Origin: Cyanophora paradoxa CCMP329
Lineage: Eukaryota > Plantae > Glaucophyta
Direction of reading: 5' to 3'
NCBI GenBank assembly: GCA_004431415.1
Contig: QPMI01000452.1
Location: 186,001 to 250,000, forward strand
Length of the DNA stretch: 64,000 nt
In this document: positions 51,017 through 63,676 of the stretch, one piece after another
How positions within the stretch are numbered: the stretch's first letter is position 1
Layout: every line of letters starts with the position of its first letter
Notes under the pieces: generated by a model
The model's database searches: none
Told to the model about the DNA's origin: nothing
Seen by the model: the letters and a program-made list of their open reading frames with translations, nothing else
Translations under genes and position numbers: made by a program

Positions 51017-54000
51017 TTATACTGTGACATTTTTAATTTGGTCTATTTGATATTGTAGACTCTTGCATTTCTGAGACAACTCCTTCACAGCCTCTATGAG
51101 AACTGGAACCAATCCTGTGTATTCAAGAGATAGATAACCATCATCTGGTTTCACATTCACAATCTCTGGTATAACCTTTTGGACATCTTGTGCAATTAAA
51201 CCTAATTTCGCTCCATCTTTCTCATTTCCAATTCGTTTAAAACTCACTCCTTCTAATTTCTCAATTGCTGAAAGAGCGCCTGTTATCTTTTTGATATCAG
51301 TTTTGTATCTTATATCACTTGCTTGTGTTAGATAACCTCCTATCCACATCCAACCCCCATGATACATGTAACAAATATCAGTATCTTGTTCATTTCGGAA
51401 TACAAGGGGAATATCTCCCCTTCCTTTCAAATATGTAGAACCATTGTTACCGAAATGAATTCGATTATATCCATCACTGGAATTAAACCAACTTCCCACA
51501 GTGCCTGTTAAAAGATTTGGTTTACTATAAACATTATTCCAATGAATATAACCGGTGTGACCTCCATAACTATGTCCAACCCAAATTTTCATGTAACTTA
51601 TACCCATAATATGAACTCTTCCAATCTTTGGTCTAATCCGAATAGTCAAAAATCGATTACCGAGATGTATAGGAACATTATTTAAACCGCTGTGGTTACT
51701 GTCAGGAGATGTGGCGTATGGTTGATAACTATTCACTGATGTAATAAAAACTTCATTTCCTTGTCGATTTACTCCCCAAATTTCAAAAAGTCGTGAGTTT
51801 GTCCAAGGTAGATAAGTTAAAAACGCTGTTCCTGTGTGATATCCTTCTGGAATATCGAAGTCAATCCAAGCGGTAGAAGTTTGGTCATCATATTGCTTAT
51901 TATAAACGTAAGAACCATAATTATAATATGGATCCCATGATGAACTCCATGCCCACTCCCAATCGTTATAAGAACATCTATTAAATTCAATACCTCCTAC
52001 TGCTTTATCTACTGTGTGAAACTTTGGGACATCATTACCGTTTATTTGGAGTTTGGTGGTTGCATTAATAGTAGGTGCTGTAATAGTATTATTCACCCAA
52101 AAGTTACCATTGTTATAAGATTTTAAAATGGCTGTATCTGCTGAGTTTCTGAATTCAATTGACACACCATCACCATTTGGTCTCCCTCGTATATATGTGC
52201 AATCGCCATTACCAAACCAAATTCGTTCTACTGCATCTGTTGATTTTAACCATGTATTTGTTGCCCATGTTGCCGTTCCTGGGAGGTCTGCGGCTGAATA
52301 AAATGACGGTTTACTAAAAATATTATCCCAACTGAGAAAACCAACCTCATTATCAGTTGCTCTTTGTCTACTCCAACCAAAAACCCCTGTGAGATGAATG
52401 CGACCTTTTCGACCTTGAATATAAATATATTTGTAAAACTCACAATTAATTGAGACAAACAAGATAGTATTATTTGTTCCATCATGATTAACTGACTGTA
52501 TTCCTTGATAATCATTTACTCGTTTTAAGAAATGTTGATATCCATTAGTTGTTTGCCCATAGATATCGAAATATCTGCCATTATACCAAGGCATATGCTG
52601 AATATAAAATGATTTCATGCCTGTGGGGACAGTCCACCTCATAAAGCAACCACTACAGTCCTCATCATTTTGTGGTGTTGTATAACATCCTGTTTGTCCT
52701 GTTCTTGGTGACCAATTCAAAGTCCAATTATTTGCGCTGCGATCTGTCGAAACACTATCTAATTGATCAAATTCGAAACCTTTCGGTATTGTGGTTCCAC
52801 CAATTTGTAGAGTGGTAGCATTCACAGTTCCATTGACAGTTCCACCTGAAAGAGGTAAATAATTTGCAAGAGCTGTTGTTAACTCTGCATCTGTTGTATA
52901 GCTGCTTAAATCTGCTGTAGTAAGATACCCTTTATTGGTAAGGTAATCATCTGTGACCACACCTGAAAGGGTGGTATTGTGTAAGTTCTTTGCTGCCATC
53001 CTCTGATTGACTTCTAAGGCTCCACCTGATGTCGTTTTAATCCATGCAATCTCACATTTCCCATGATCATCTGTGGGTTGTCCTGCAACTGGAAGGTAGT
53101 TTACAACTTTCTCCTTGTAAACACAATTTTAGGTCTTGCTCCATCATATGGGTCTTGATCTGTTACATTAACTTGAATTGCTGCTGAAAAATTGGCTACT
53201 TGTCCTGTTTCTCCTGGGTGATAATTCGTTACATAGATACTGGGGAAAGTATCATTAACTCCCACATTAAAATCGCCATCATAATCTCCATTAACAATTG
53301 GATCCCTGGGTAATCTTACTGCAAGAGTTCCCTCCATTGGAGTGCCTGTTTGACCTGTAAAAGACCCATTGAGACTTACATAATGATCATTCAAAAATAG
53401 TCTTTCAGGTGTATTACTCGATTGGTAAAGTGTGACTCCATTAAAAACGTTTCCAATTGCATTCAATTGTGCGAAAACTGGCTGGTCATCAATTTCTTCC
53501 CATGGGTGCCTGTGGTTGCTATTTGTAATCTCTGAATAATCATGAGTGTGTGAATCTGGTGGAAAGGTTAATGGTGGATTCGTGATATGCTCCCATAAAT
53601 GTGTATGGGCGAAATCTGTTATTTGATCTTTTGTGTGAGTATGGGCAAAATCTGTTATTTGATCTTTTGTGTGAGTATGTGCGAAATCTGTGATTTGATC
53701 TTTTGTGTGAGTATGTGCGAAATCTGTAATATCCGCTTTTGTGTGTTTTTGGTTTGCTAACCAATCTAAGACAACATTAGAAGTAGGATGATGTGGAAGA
53801 TTTGCATTTTCGGTAACTGTGAGATTTTCAATAAATACATTGCTCGAATTAATTTTAAGATCTTCATTATTCAATACGGGCTGCGTATTCGGAAATCCAT
53901 ACAATAATTGTATATAATATCTAACCGCGTTCTTTTCTTCAATAGATAACGCACGATTGAAAACGATAATTTCGGCAAGATCTCCATTAGCAACAGAAGA

Positions 54001-56831
54001 ACCAAATGATGCAAAATTAGAAGGTGGAAGAAAATCACCCGATGATGTTCCAATATCAAATCCACCCATTCCTACGACAATTTGCTCTGAGGAAACAGTG
54101 AAATCCCAATAATTCCACGAATTATAAGTATATGATGCATCGAATAATGGAGGAGTTGCATTTTCTATATCGTTTTGAATTTGTAGTGAAACACCAAACT
54201 TTTGATTTTTACAACCATATCCAATCCAATTTTGATAAGAACTATCCCTTATACTCAACATATAAGAAGGATTTGTTGTATTGATCCTACCTATAAAGAA
54301 TAATGTAAGACCTAATGACCAATCTATTGAAACACTATTCCTATAAGCCATGTTTAATTCTTTCCCAATCGAAATTTGATTGTTCAGGGTTGCATTCAAA
54401 TAATAATAAACAGTTTCCCAATTTGAATAATTTGTAAGATATGGTATCTGTGTAGTAACTCTGTTATATATCTGACCTTGATAATATATCAACTGACCAT
54501 GTTGACCTGATGCTTTCCATGCAAATATACAATTTGGAATAATTGGGGCTGGATCAATGACAGTAGTAACAGCATAGTAAGGTCTATAAAGTATTTGTAT
54601 AGTGTTTTGTGTTCCGATTGTTATATTTCGATACACTGTAAGATTACTTGTGTAAATATCATCTGCCCATAGTTTTCTTGTCCAAATGTTACTTGCCCAT
54701 AGGTTACTTGTATAAAGGTTACTGGTGTAGATATTGGAAGTGACTGTAAGGTTTGTGTCATTTTTGATCACAAAAAGAGAAAGAATATTTGTGAGTTCAC
54801 CTTCATCAATATATCCTTGCTCTTCTAGATAATCCTCTGTGACTACTCTCGAAATGCTCTCATTGTGTATGTTTTTTGCAGCCATTCTTTGATTGGCTTC
54901 AAGAACCCCACCATAATTCGTTTTAATCCATGCAAGCTCTGCCCTTCCATAATTATCATTTGCAGTTCCCACTATGGGAATGTAGGAATACTTATCTCGA
55001 CTGAAAACTATCATTGGTCTTGAACCATCTAAACTGCTTACATCTGCTACATGAACCTGTATAGCAGAGTTGTAATTTTGGTAGGTTGCTGGATCTGTTG
55101 GGACTCTGAATGTATCTGTGGGAATGTCAGCCTCCATGTAGCTTGACACAAAGATATTTGGTATGGTTGCTCCTGGTGGTGGTGGGGTTTCAAAAGAGCC
55201 TGGTAATGTCCTAATATGAAGTGGTCCTCTCATAGCTGAATTTGCAAGTGTCCCATTCACATGAACATAGTGTTCATTCAAAAAGATCCTTTCAGGGACA
55301 TTGCAAGTCTGGTAAAGAGAAACCCCTAGGGTTGCCAAAGGCTCCACTTTTGCAAACTCTGGTTGGTCATTAATCTCATCCCAAGTGTGTTCATGTTTGA
55401 TTGGTGGAAATTCTTCTGGTATTCCATCAATTTCTCCCCAATCATGCCTGTGATCCTCTGGTGGATACTTTTGAGGTTTGCCTAAGATCTCATCCCAATC
55501 ATGATTGTGATCCTCTGGGGGATACTTTGCAGGTTTATTATTAATTTGTTCATAATCTGGAAAGAATTCCCAAATCTCTGGGCGAAATCCATCAGGTAAT
55601 AATTCTTCATGGGGTTCATATGGTTGCTCATAATCAACAGCTGGTGGATCATGACCATCTGGTAAATACTCCTCATCAGGTTCATAGTTCTGCTCATACT
55701 CAAACTCTTGTGGATCTAAGCCATCTGGTAGTATCTCCTCCTCATTGGGATCATATTGATCGTATTCATATTCTTGTGGGTCAAAACCATCTGGTAAATA
55801 TTCTTCCTCATCTGGAACGAATTGATATTCATCAAGCTCTAATATATCGACTTCAGGAGGTAAATACTGCTCATCTATTTGCTTTCTGGTTCAATTATAG
55901 GTTTATTGCGAACTTGCTCCCAACTCACAATATGCTGCCCAAAGGCTACATCTTCAGTTGCTGTGTATTCTCTTCCAGGCTGCTTCTTTGGTGTTAAATC
56001 GGGAGGTCCATTGGGAAATGGAATAGGGAATGGGACAGTAGGTCCATTGGGACCATAATGCTCAATGATTTCTCTTAGGGTTTTCTCACTAACAAGCTTC
56101 TCACCATTTGCATACACATTGCTGCCATGGATATTTCGCCATTGCCTGGTTCGAATTCCAAGGTCTTTCACATTGCTATACAAAGGCAAAAGGTGCCTAT
56201 CCATTTCGACTAGATCAGGATGTAAATGGATTGCTACTGGTTGACTGGGGCTACTGTTGATTGTAATTGATGGCTTTTTTTGATGGACATCTTTTGGAGT
56301 AAAAAACCCAAAAGGCTCATTCCTCGCAAAGTCATATGTAATATCCTTGGGGTATACATCATTTGTGTAGGAGACCTGATTTGTATTGGCAATGGGACCC
56401 ACTTGCAATACTTGGGGGACCTCAGCTTTTGCAGTGCTGCCCTCATTGTAAATTCGCAAAGCTGTGTTCTGTTTGCCCTGCTCATCTTGAACATTGAAAA
56501 TCAATCGACCACTATCAAACCTGGAAGGTATATCTGGATGGGTGCCACTGGTTTTTAGTTTCCTAGGTCTCCTTCTTGTTGCTTTGATCTCTGCCACTTG
56601 GTTTGCTTTCACATTACCCAAACTAAAAGCAACACTGACATCCTCTTTATCTGGATCGGTTTGATTCACAGATAAAGCATGCTCCCTTGATTGAGTCTTT
56701 GATGAATTATCAGAGCTGTGGTCAATTGAAACTGAACCCTTTACTTTAATATTATCAAAGTTCACATGCTTGGTGCTGCTTGCATTATCATCTTGAATGG
56801 TTTCTAGATTGGGTGGGTAATTGAAGCTCAT
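51017..56831 (-). CDS. giant fibre protein (~1,940 aa) with C-terminal peptidase S74 chaperone; 2 frameshifts
   Basis: ORFs 55875-56831, 53101-55347 (frame open upstream to ~55880) and 51017-52999 join if one base is restored near 55885 and near 53113. Contains HTHTKDQITDFA repeats, a LamG-like GDLAEIIVFNRALS motif and the S74 motif SDIRYK..GLIAQDV..LIEAVKEL. Confidence 0.8.
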
Positions 56832-56874
56832 GGCTTTTACTATATGGATTTATAAAATTCCTGATAAGTAAAAG

Positions 56875-58429
56875 ATGCCTCTCAAGGTCGCTTTAGCTTT
56901 ATCAGGGGGAGGTGCAAGGGGCATTATCATAACCAGGCTGCTAAAAGAAATCGAAAATCGAACTGGCAGGAGAATAATCGATCTTGTGGATCTTGTGAGT
57001 GGAACTTCCACTGGTGGGATCATTGCAATAGGTTTGAATATAAGGCATCCTGATAGACCAGGTGAACCTAAACTGACAGCAAACGATTTACACAATATTT
57101 ACCTAACTCAACTGCCCTTGATTTTCGCAAATCCTCGAAATATAATCGAAAATGCCCTTTTTAATACAAAGTATGATGTGGGACCCTTGGAGACTGCAAT
57201 CAATTCAGTTACTGGTGAATCACTAATACAGGATTCCCTAAAGGACATTGTGATTACATCCTTTGATACTCAGAATATGAAACCAATATTTATCACAAAT
57301 GATAACAATTACAACTTTATGCTTGTAAGATTGCTGCTAGGGCTACTTCTGCTGCTCCTACATATTTCTCTCCTGTAAGCATTGTTGATTTCAATCGGGG
57401 AGTATTTGTCTGTCTCATTGATGGTGCCATTTCGGGAAACAATAATCCCAGTGTGTGTGGTTACAGCCATGCAAAGAAGATTTACAGTGATGATGATGAT
57501 ATTATAGTAATAAGCATCTCTTGTGGAGAGGTAGACCCACATTTAGAGTCTGACTATGTGGGTTATGCTTATGAGACTGTGAACAGCTGGGGCATTCTCT
57601 CATTGATTGCCTCAACAGATGGAAGCCCATTGATTAACATGCTCATGGCTGCAAGTGAGCTTTCTGCCCTTGATAAATGGAGGAGTTGTTACCCTACAAC
57701 TATGATCAGGATTATGGGAGATACTACAGGCTATCAGTCCCTCTTCCGAATCACATAGTAAGCTCCCTGGATGACACTTCTAAAATCCCAGATATGCTTT
57801 CTTTCACAGAAACATACATAGCAGCAAACAATGATATGATTAATAAGCTTTGCAGCCTTCTAGTAGCAAACTATGAACTAAAGAACCCTACAAAGGCTTA
57901 CATCTCATCCACTCTCACTACATCACCACCTTTGGATGCTAATTGGTATCAGCTTGCAGATGATGCCTTTACTGCCTCATCCTCTGTGACAGGTAAAGAG
58001 CCTTTCATGGCTAGACCTTCAGCATTTGGCTGGGAAGCTGGAGCCTATGCTCCTGAGCAGATATGGGAAACCCCCACTGAATACCTTCAAGTTGCTTTCC
58101 CATATACTTTTGAACTCTCTTCTGTGATTGCCTATGGATCAGGGGACACCAATGCTTTTATTAAGACTTTCAATGTGGCAACATCCACTGATGGGATCAA
58201 CTGGTCTTTTATTCGATCAGATGGGCAGAACAAAATATATGTCTGTGAGAACATTAACAATGCTCACAACTCAGGTGATGTGGCTCTATTGAGTGGATTT
58301 CCTCTCAGCATCAAGGATGCTTTTTACATAGGTTATTCTCTGAGAATCAAGTATATTCGCATTTATCCCCTTGTGTATGTGAATGCTCCCACAATGAGAG
58401 TTGACTTTACAGGTGCCTTTATTCGATAA
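56875..58429 (+). CDS. patatin-like phospholipase fused to a discoidin (F5/8 type C) domain; 2 frameshifts
   Basis: LSGGGARG, GTSTGG, ATSAAPTYF, LIDGA; C-terminal FTASSS..EYLQVAF..STDGINW..YIRIYP..MRVDF. Confidence 0.8.
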
Positions 58430-59348
58430 ACTCCAACTGAAAAGAATTATCGATTCCATTCATATCAATCAGTTCACCAAAGTAATCTTTAAACTCCACA
58501 GTGAGTTCCCTTATCACCAGGTTTCTGTCATTGATTTGAATAAATTCTGCATGTTCACCACTATGGTAAACATAGCCCCCTATATCTTTACTCAATTGCA
58601 ATCTAAGGATAGCTCCCTGATTTTGTGGTTGCGATTTTGGAATTATATTGTGTCTGCTGGCAAAGGGGGACAGCTCTTTAATATGCATGTACAGATACTG
58701 CTCAGCATTCATATCAGACATCTTCCTGCTGTCAAAATAATATTGCAAGGGCTTAGAGGAGAGTCTGGGTCCTGAGAAGGTGATTCCCCATGCTGGGTGA
58801 TCAGGTGTAATAGGTTTGCCATCATACTTTAACAGGTTCTCAGGTCGATAGGGTGATCCACCAACAGGAGGAGTGCTATAATACCCATTGGTGTATTCAG
58901 TAGAGCTGACACCCAAAAGCTTCCCTATTCTCTGGTTGCTTGCAATAAAACGAACTCATGGTTACTGTAAAACTCCACTTTATAGGTTGTTGGGTTGTAG
59001 AATATCTTGAACTCAAAAAACACAGTTTTATCTGCAATTGTTTGGAAGCTTGAATAGTTCAGCCCATAATTATAAGGGTGTGTGACCCAAAATGACCCTG
59101 GTTAATGTAGCCACTGGGAAGGGATACACTTTCTGTGTGATGATTTCATTGTATGAACCATCTTGGTAATTAAACTGAACTGTTAGATGATCAGTTCCCA
59201 CACTGTTATAGATACTGTTTGGAATCTCTGCATAGAGAACCCTGCATTCCCTTGGTCTCTCTACTGGAGTTGTGAGAGTGACCCTGTAAGAGTTTTCATT
59301 TTGTCCTTGGCTTCTATCCCTGCTATCAATATTAACAAGTCGATTCAT
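58419..59348 (-). CDS. minor capsid (penton-like) protein 1; frameshifted
   Basis: N-terminal VNIDSRDR..YRVTL..AEIPNSIYN and C-terminal LTVEFKDYFGELIDMNGIDNSFQLEF, typical of single-jelly-roll pentons. Confidence 0.75.
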
Positions 59349-59377
59349 TTTAATATATAAATATAGATAAAAGAAGA

Positions 59378-60386
59378 ATGCCTGTGGATTACATCGAGGT
59401 TAGCTCATTTAATACAATCTCTGGTGATGGTCCACATCAAGCTTTGTGGCTAGACTCCCCAGTAGTTATGAGAATGTGAGGGCTGTGAGACTGGTCTCAG
59501 CCGAATTTTATAACAGCATCCCTATGGTGAGTGGTGAAACCAAAGCAGGAGATGTCACAGTTGATAACACATTTAGTATTTATTATTCGGAACAAACTCC
59601 AGGAGCTGGAAGCTCAGGAATTCCAACAACTCGCCCAGCTGCTGATTTTGAACAATGGAAACAATTCATGGTAAATCGCGAGACCCCCATCCAAAGCCAC
59701 CAACAGCTGGTGAATGTAATCAACTCAAAATTCATTGGCAGAACTCCCCAACCATCCATTCGCTGCAAATGGGATGAGTCACTGAAACGAATTATATTCC
59801 ACTCGGCAGTGCCTTTTTACCTGGCTTTCTCACTTGCTGTAAACCCAAGCCAACAAACAATCCAAAAGCTATTGAGTTCAGCTAGACTGCTTGGTCTTGA
59901 TCCTGGAAGATATGGGAATTCCCCAATCAAATCCAAGTTTATGATGCTCTCACTGATGGAATCTTTACTGATGGTCGAGTGAATGGCATTATATCTTCTT
60001 TTGAGCCTGAGAAGACCAGGGACAGTGTTTTGTTTGTGAGAGTAAAGGAGCTGGGTGATCTGGTGCAATGTGGGGATGGTCTCTTAACTGGTTACTTCCA
60101 TAAAATAGTGGTCCCTGACAAAGATTATGGTGAGCATGTAGTTTATAATTCAACAGAGGCTCATCCACTTTACAAATACTATAATAAGAAGGTTGGATTA
60201 TCCACTTTTTCGGTTGATATTGTTAATGCTGTAAATGAACCAATTGATTTTGAGGGTCAACCTGTTCATCTGACCTTTGAAATTCGCTATGGTGATGAGC
60301 CAGCTGGGGACCCAGTTTATGAATACTTTAAGATGAGAATGTCACAGCTTCACCCTTCCTATCCAGTTATTACAAGCTTCGCATAA
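59378..60386 (+). CDS. minor capsid (penton-like) protein 2; frameshifted
   Basis: LPSSYENVRAVRLVSAEFYNS and LSTFSVDIVNAVNEPIDFEGQPVHLTFEI mirror the penton motifs. Confidence 0.65.
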
Positions 60387-60439
60387 ATTAAGGATCATTG
60401 GTAGATTTTTTATGTTGCAGTATAATAAAAGAGAATATA

Positions 60440-61809
60440 ATGGATATCACTTCCACTCTTCAAAGACTTTCGCTGAAAGAAGCCCTAACAACCCCAGAGG
60501 AGGCGAAAGCCTTTTTCCTGGATAACTCCCTTATGCTTGGTCTCGAATCCAAGTCTAAGCCAGTTCTAGTTGTTGTGAATCCCAGCAATACTTTTGAGAA
60601 TAATGTAGGAAATCGCATTTCCTTCAAGCTACCTCGCTACAATTTCTGTGGAAAACTCGAACTTGCTTTCGACCTTCCAGCTATTACTTTTGCTGGTGAT
60701 ACTGACCTAGTTCGAAATGGATACACTCGCCCTGTCGGTGCTTTAGTTCAGCGACTTGAAATTACCTATGGATCTTACACCTACCACATCCCCTCTGATT
60801 TCCTTGCTCATTTCCCCCTGGTCTATTACTCGGAGGATCAACTAGCTAAAAAGAAACGCTCAATGGGCATGGTTCATGGTATCCCTGCTCATGGAACTAA
60901 CCGACTTGGTGGCTCATTCTTTGTTGAAATCCCAGTGCCTTGGCTAAATCACTATCTTCCCCTTGGTGCTTTATCTGGTGAAATGGTTGTTACTGTTTGG
61001 TTTAAGGATGCTGACAAGGGTTATGTCGAAACTTCCTATGGTGGTCGTGGTCTTACTGTTGCAGCAGCTGATGTAGATTATTCAAAAGATGATGGTCTTG
61101 GAACTGCCCCTGCTGAAACTGTTCTGGCAAATGTTGGTCAAAACATCACAGACTTTACTCTTGGTGCAACAACCCCTGTCATTTCTATTACTTCTCCTCG
61201 CCTTTACATGCATGCTATTAATGTTTCTGATGAGCTTTTCGCTACTGTAATTGAAAAGGTTAAGACTACTGGCATGGCTATTCCTGCTCTAGACATTGGG
61301 TTTGTTGATGCTAGTGCTTTCCTGCCAAGGGCAATGCCCAACCCAATCGAATTAACCTCTCTCAAATCTCAGGTCTTGTATATGCTCTGCTTGTTTCAGT
61401 TCGTGATAATGCAACTGTTGACAAAGCCACTGGCTCCCACAGTGTTCTTAAGACCTATGCCAACTCCAAAGAGATAACATTCACAACTGAAATAAATGGT
61501 CAGCGACTTTTTGCCACTGAGCCAATTTCCCTACTCAAAGGTGCTGAGCTAATTGCTGATGCCTTCAAATGCTCTAACATGGATAAGGTTGCTGATCGCT
61601 ATGTCCTTTCAGGATTGCCTTTCTGCCTTGATGGAGAAAAGGCGATTCGAAATATTGCCCAGTCTGGTTATGTTGATTTAACAAATTCCTCCTCTTCATT
61701 CCTCACCCTCTACATGCCTTCAGATAAGGTAATCGATGTTAATGTTCGCGCTCTCATGCATAGCTTTATTATTGTCGACAAAGATGGTTTACGCAGAATT
61801 AATTTATAG
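60440..61809 (+). CDS. double-jelly-roll major capsid protein, NCLDV-like (~455 aa; 1 frameshift near 61370-61390)
   Basis: ISFKLPRY..KLELAFDLP, GALVQRLEITYG, VEIPVPW..YLPLGAL.GEMVVTVWF, and C-terminal PFCL..QSGYVDL; lies next to the pentons and the ATPase. Confidence 0.8.
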
Positions 61810-61879
61810 ATTGTTACGATATATCGTAAGGCATTTAAGGAAAAAGTGATTATTTATTTTTGAAAACATTTAAAAGTCA

Positions 61880-62812
61880 ATGTCGCATACTCGTGAAACT
61901 TTCATAGCCAAGGCTATTCAGGTCCATGGTGAAAAGTATGATTATTCGAAAGTTGAATTTCATGGGGTAATGAAGAAAATTACTATAGTCTGCAGAATTT
62001 GCAACACTGAGTTTATTCAAGCTGCCCATAGTCACATAAACTCTAAATGTGGCTGTCCAGCTTGTGGGAATATCAAAAAAGGAAAATCGCATAGGTTGAC
62101 TCAAGATGAGTTTGTTGAAAGGGCCAAGCAGAAACATAAAGATCTGTACGATTATTCGGAGTCTGTTTATATAAGGACAGATGACCCTATAACAATTTTC
62201 TGCAAGAAATGTCAGGAATATTTCACTCAAAAGCCACACAAACACATGCAAGGAGATGGGCATGCAAAATGTAAAATGGATCGCATCAAAGATAAGTTGC
62301 AAATGGGGATTGAGAAGTTTACAGAGAGGGCATTAAAACTCTACGGGGATAACTATGACTTATCTAAAGCTGAGTATGTTAATGCAAGAACAAAAGTTAC
62401 CATTATCTGTAAGAAGTGTGATCTTGAATTCAAAAAGACACCAAGCGATTTTCTCAATGGGTATGGCTGTCTGTCATGTAGATCGTCTATTGGTGAGACG
62501 AAAGTTCAAGCAGCCCTAAAAGAAATTGGTTTAGACTTCTCAATATCCCACAGATTTCCTGATTGCAAGCATAAAAGAGTTCTCCCATTCGATATTTATA
62601 TTCCATCTCTCAAAATTGCAATTGAATATGATGGTATACAACATTTCAAACCTGTGGAACAGTTTGGAGGTCAGAAGGCCTTTGAAGATACCCAAATTCG
62701 TGATGGAATTAAAAATCGGTACTGTGAAGCTAATAATATCAAACTCCTAAGAATCCCATTCACCGAAACTGATATTGAGGGCTGCATTAAACGATTTCTA
62801 TCTCACCTGTAA
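61880..62812 (+). CDS. Zn-ribbon-repeat PD-(D/E)xK (Vsr/DUF559-like) endonuclease
   Basis: Three FI.KA..HG..YDYS..CxxC modules, then LPFDIYIP..IAIEYDGIQHF..RD..KN.YC..IKLLRIP. Confidence 0.8.
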   Translation: MSHTRETFIAKAIQVHGEKYDYSKVEFHGVMKKITIVCRICNTEFIQAAHSHINSKCGCPACGNIKKGKSHRLTQDEFVERAKQKHKDLYDYSESVYIRTDDPITIFCKKCQEYFTQKPHKHMQGDGHAKCKMDRIKDKLQMGIEKFTERALKLYGDNYDLSKAEYVNARTKVTIICKKCDLEFKKTPSDFLNGYGCLSCRSSIGETKVQAALKEIGLDFSISHRFPDCKHKRVLPFDIYIPSLKIAIEYDGIQHFKPVEQFGGQKAFEDTQIRDGIKNRYCEANNIKLLRIPFTETDIEGCIKRFLSHL

Positions 62813-62865
62813 ACCATTTTCAGTCTCCCTGCATTATTTTTATCTGTCTCTTTATAGAGAGAACC

Positions 62866-63648
62866 ATGAACGATTTGGATGAATTTGTGGCTGGTGAAAT
62901 GATTAATCCCCCTTTTCGAGTCCTAGCAATTGGTAAATCAGCAACTGGTAAATCAGAAGCTGTAAAGTATTGGTTGAAGCAACTGCATGATGCCAAAAAG
63001 ATTGATGTTGTATTAGTTGTGAGTGGGACTAGCTTCAATCATTTCTGGGATAAAGTGGCAACACTGCAACTGGGAAAGTGGGATGCCCCTTACATTGCTA
63101 AATTGCTAGATGAGAGGCAAGAGAAAATAGAAAAGGGCGAACCTGTTAACCAATTGTGTGTTGTTCTAGATGATTTAATCGATAATGAGATAGTAGATTT
63201 GACCAGGGATAAAATAATTGGATCTTTGTATTCCAGAGGTCGCCATTCGAAAATATCCATTATCTGCATCACACAAAAGCTAAGGAAAGTCTCTTCGACT
63301 ATTCGAGTTAATTCGGACTATGCTATGTTTTTAAGTGCTGCAAATCGCAAAGAACTTGAAGCCATAGAGGAAGAATACAATATAATGCGAGATAAGGATG
63401 CTTTCTATAAACTATTTGAGGAATATGTACATTCTTATCAGTTTCTGATCTGGAGTTCTGCTGATTATTCGGTTAAATACTATGTAGATAAAGCCGACCT
63501 TGTCAAAGATTTCCCATTTCCTCGCTTCCACAGGAAACCCAAAAAGAAAGAAGATGAACTGAAACCACCAGAGAAAGAGGAAGCCCCCAAAGAAGTTAAA
63601 AGCCAAGTTCATACTAATAAATTGATGCGATATAAGCGCGGTTTATAA
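62866..63648 (+). CDS. A32-like (FtsK/HerA) genome packaging ATPase
   Basis: Walker A GKSATGKS, Walker B CVVLDD, RGRHSKISIICITQ, IRVNSDY. Confidence 0.92.
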   Translation: MNDLDEFVAGEMINPPFRVLAIGKSATGKSEAVKYWLKQLHDAKKIDVVLVVSGTSFNHFWDKVATLQLGKWDAPYIAKLLDERQEKIEKGEPVNQLCVVLDDLIDNEIVDLTRDKIIGSLYSRGRHSKISIICITQKLRKVSSTIRVNSDYAMFLSAANRKELEAIEEEYNIMRDKDAFYKLFEEYVHSYQFLIWSSADYSVKYYVDKADLVKDFPFPRFHRKPKKKEDELKPPEKEEAPKEVKSQVHTNKLMRYKRGL

Positions 63649-63676
63649 AATTATCTCTCATTCTAATAAAGATACA

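Noticed and set aside
51017-61809. Programmed frameshifting or pseudogenisation of viral genes
   Set aside because: The breaks that could be localised are 1-nt losses in short base runs without consistent slippery sites, and the LINE is similarly frameshifted; sequencing error is more parsimonious, though unproven.
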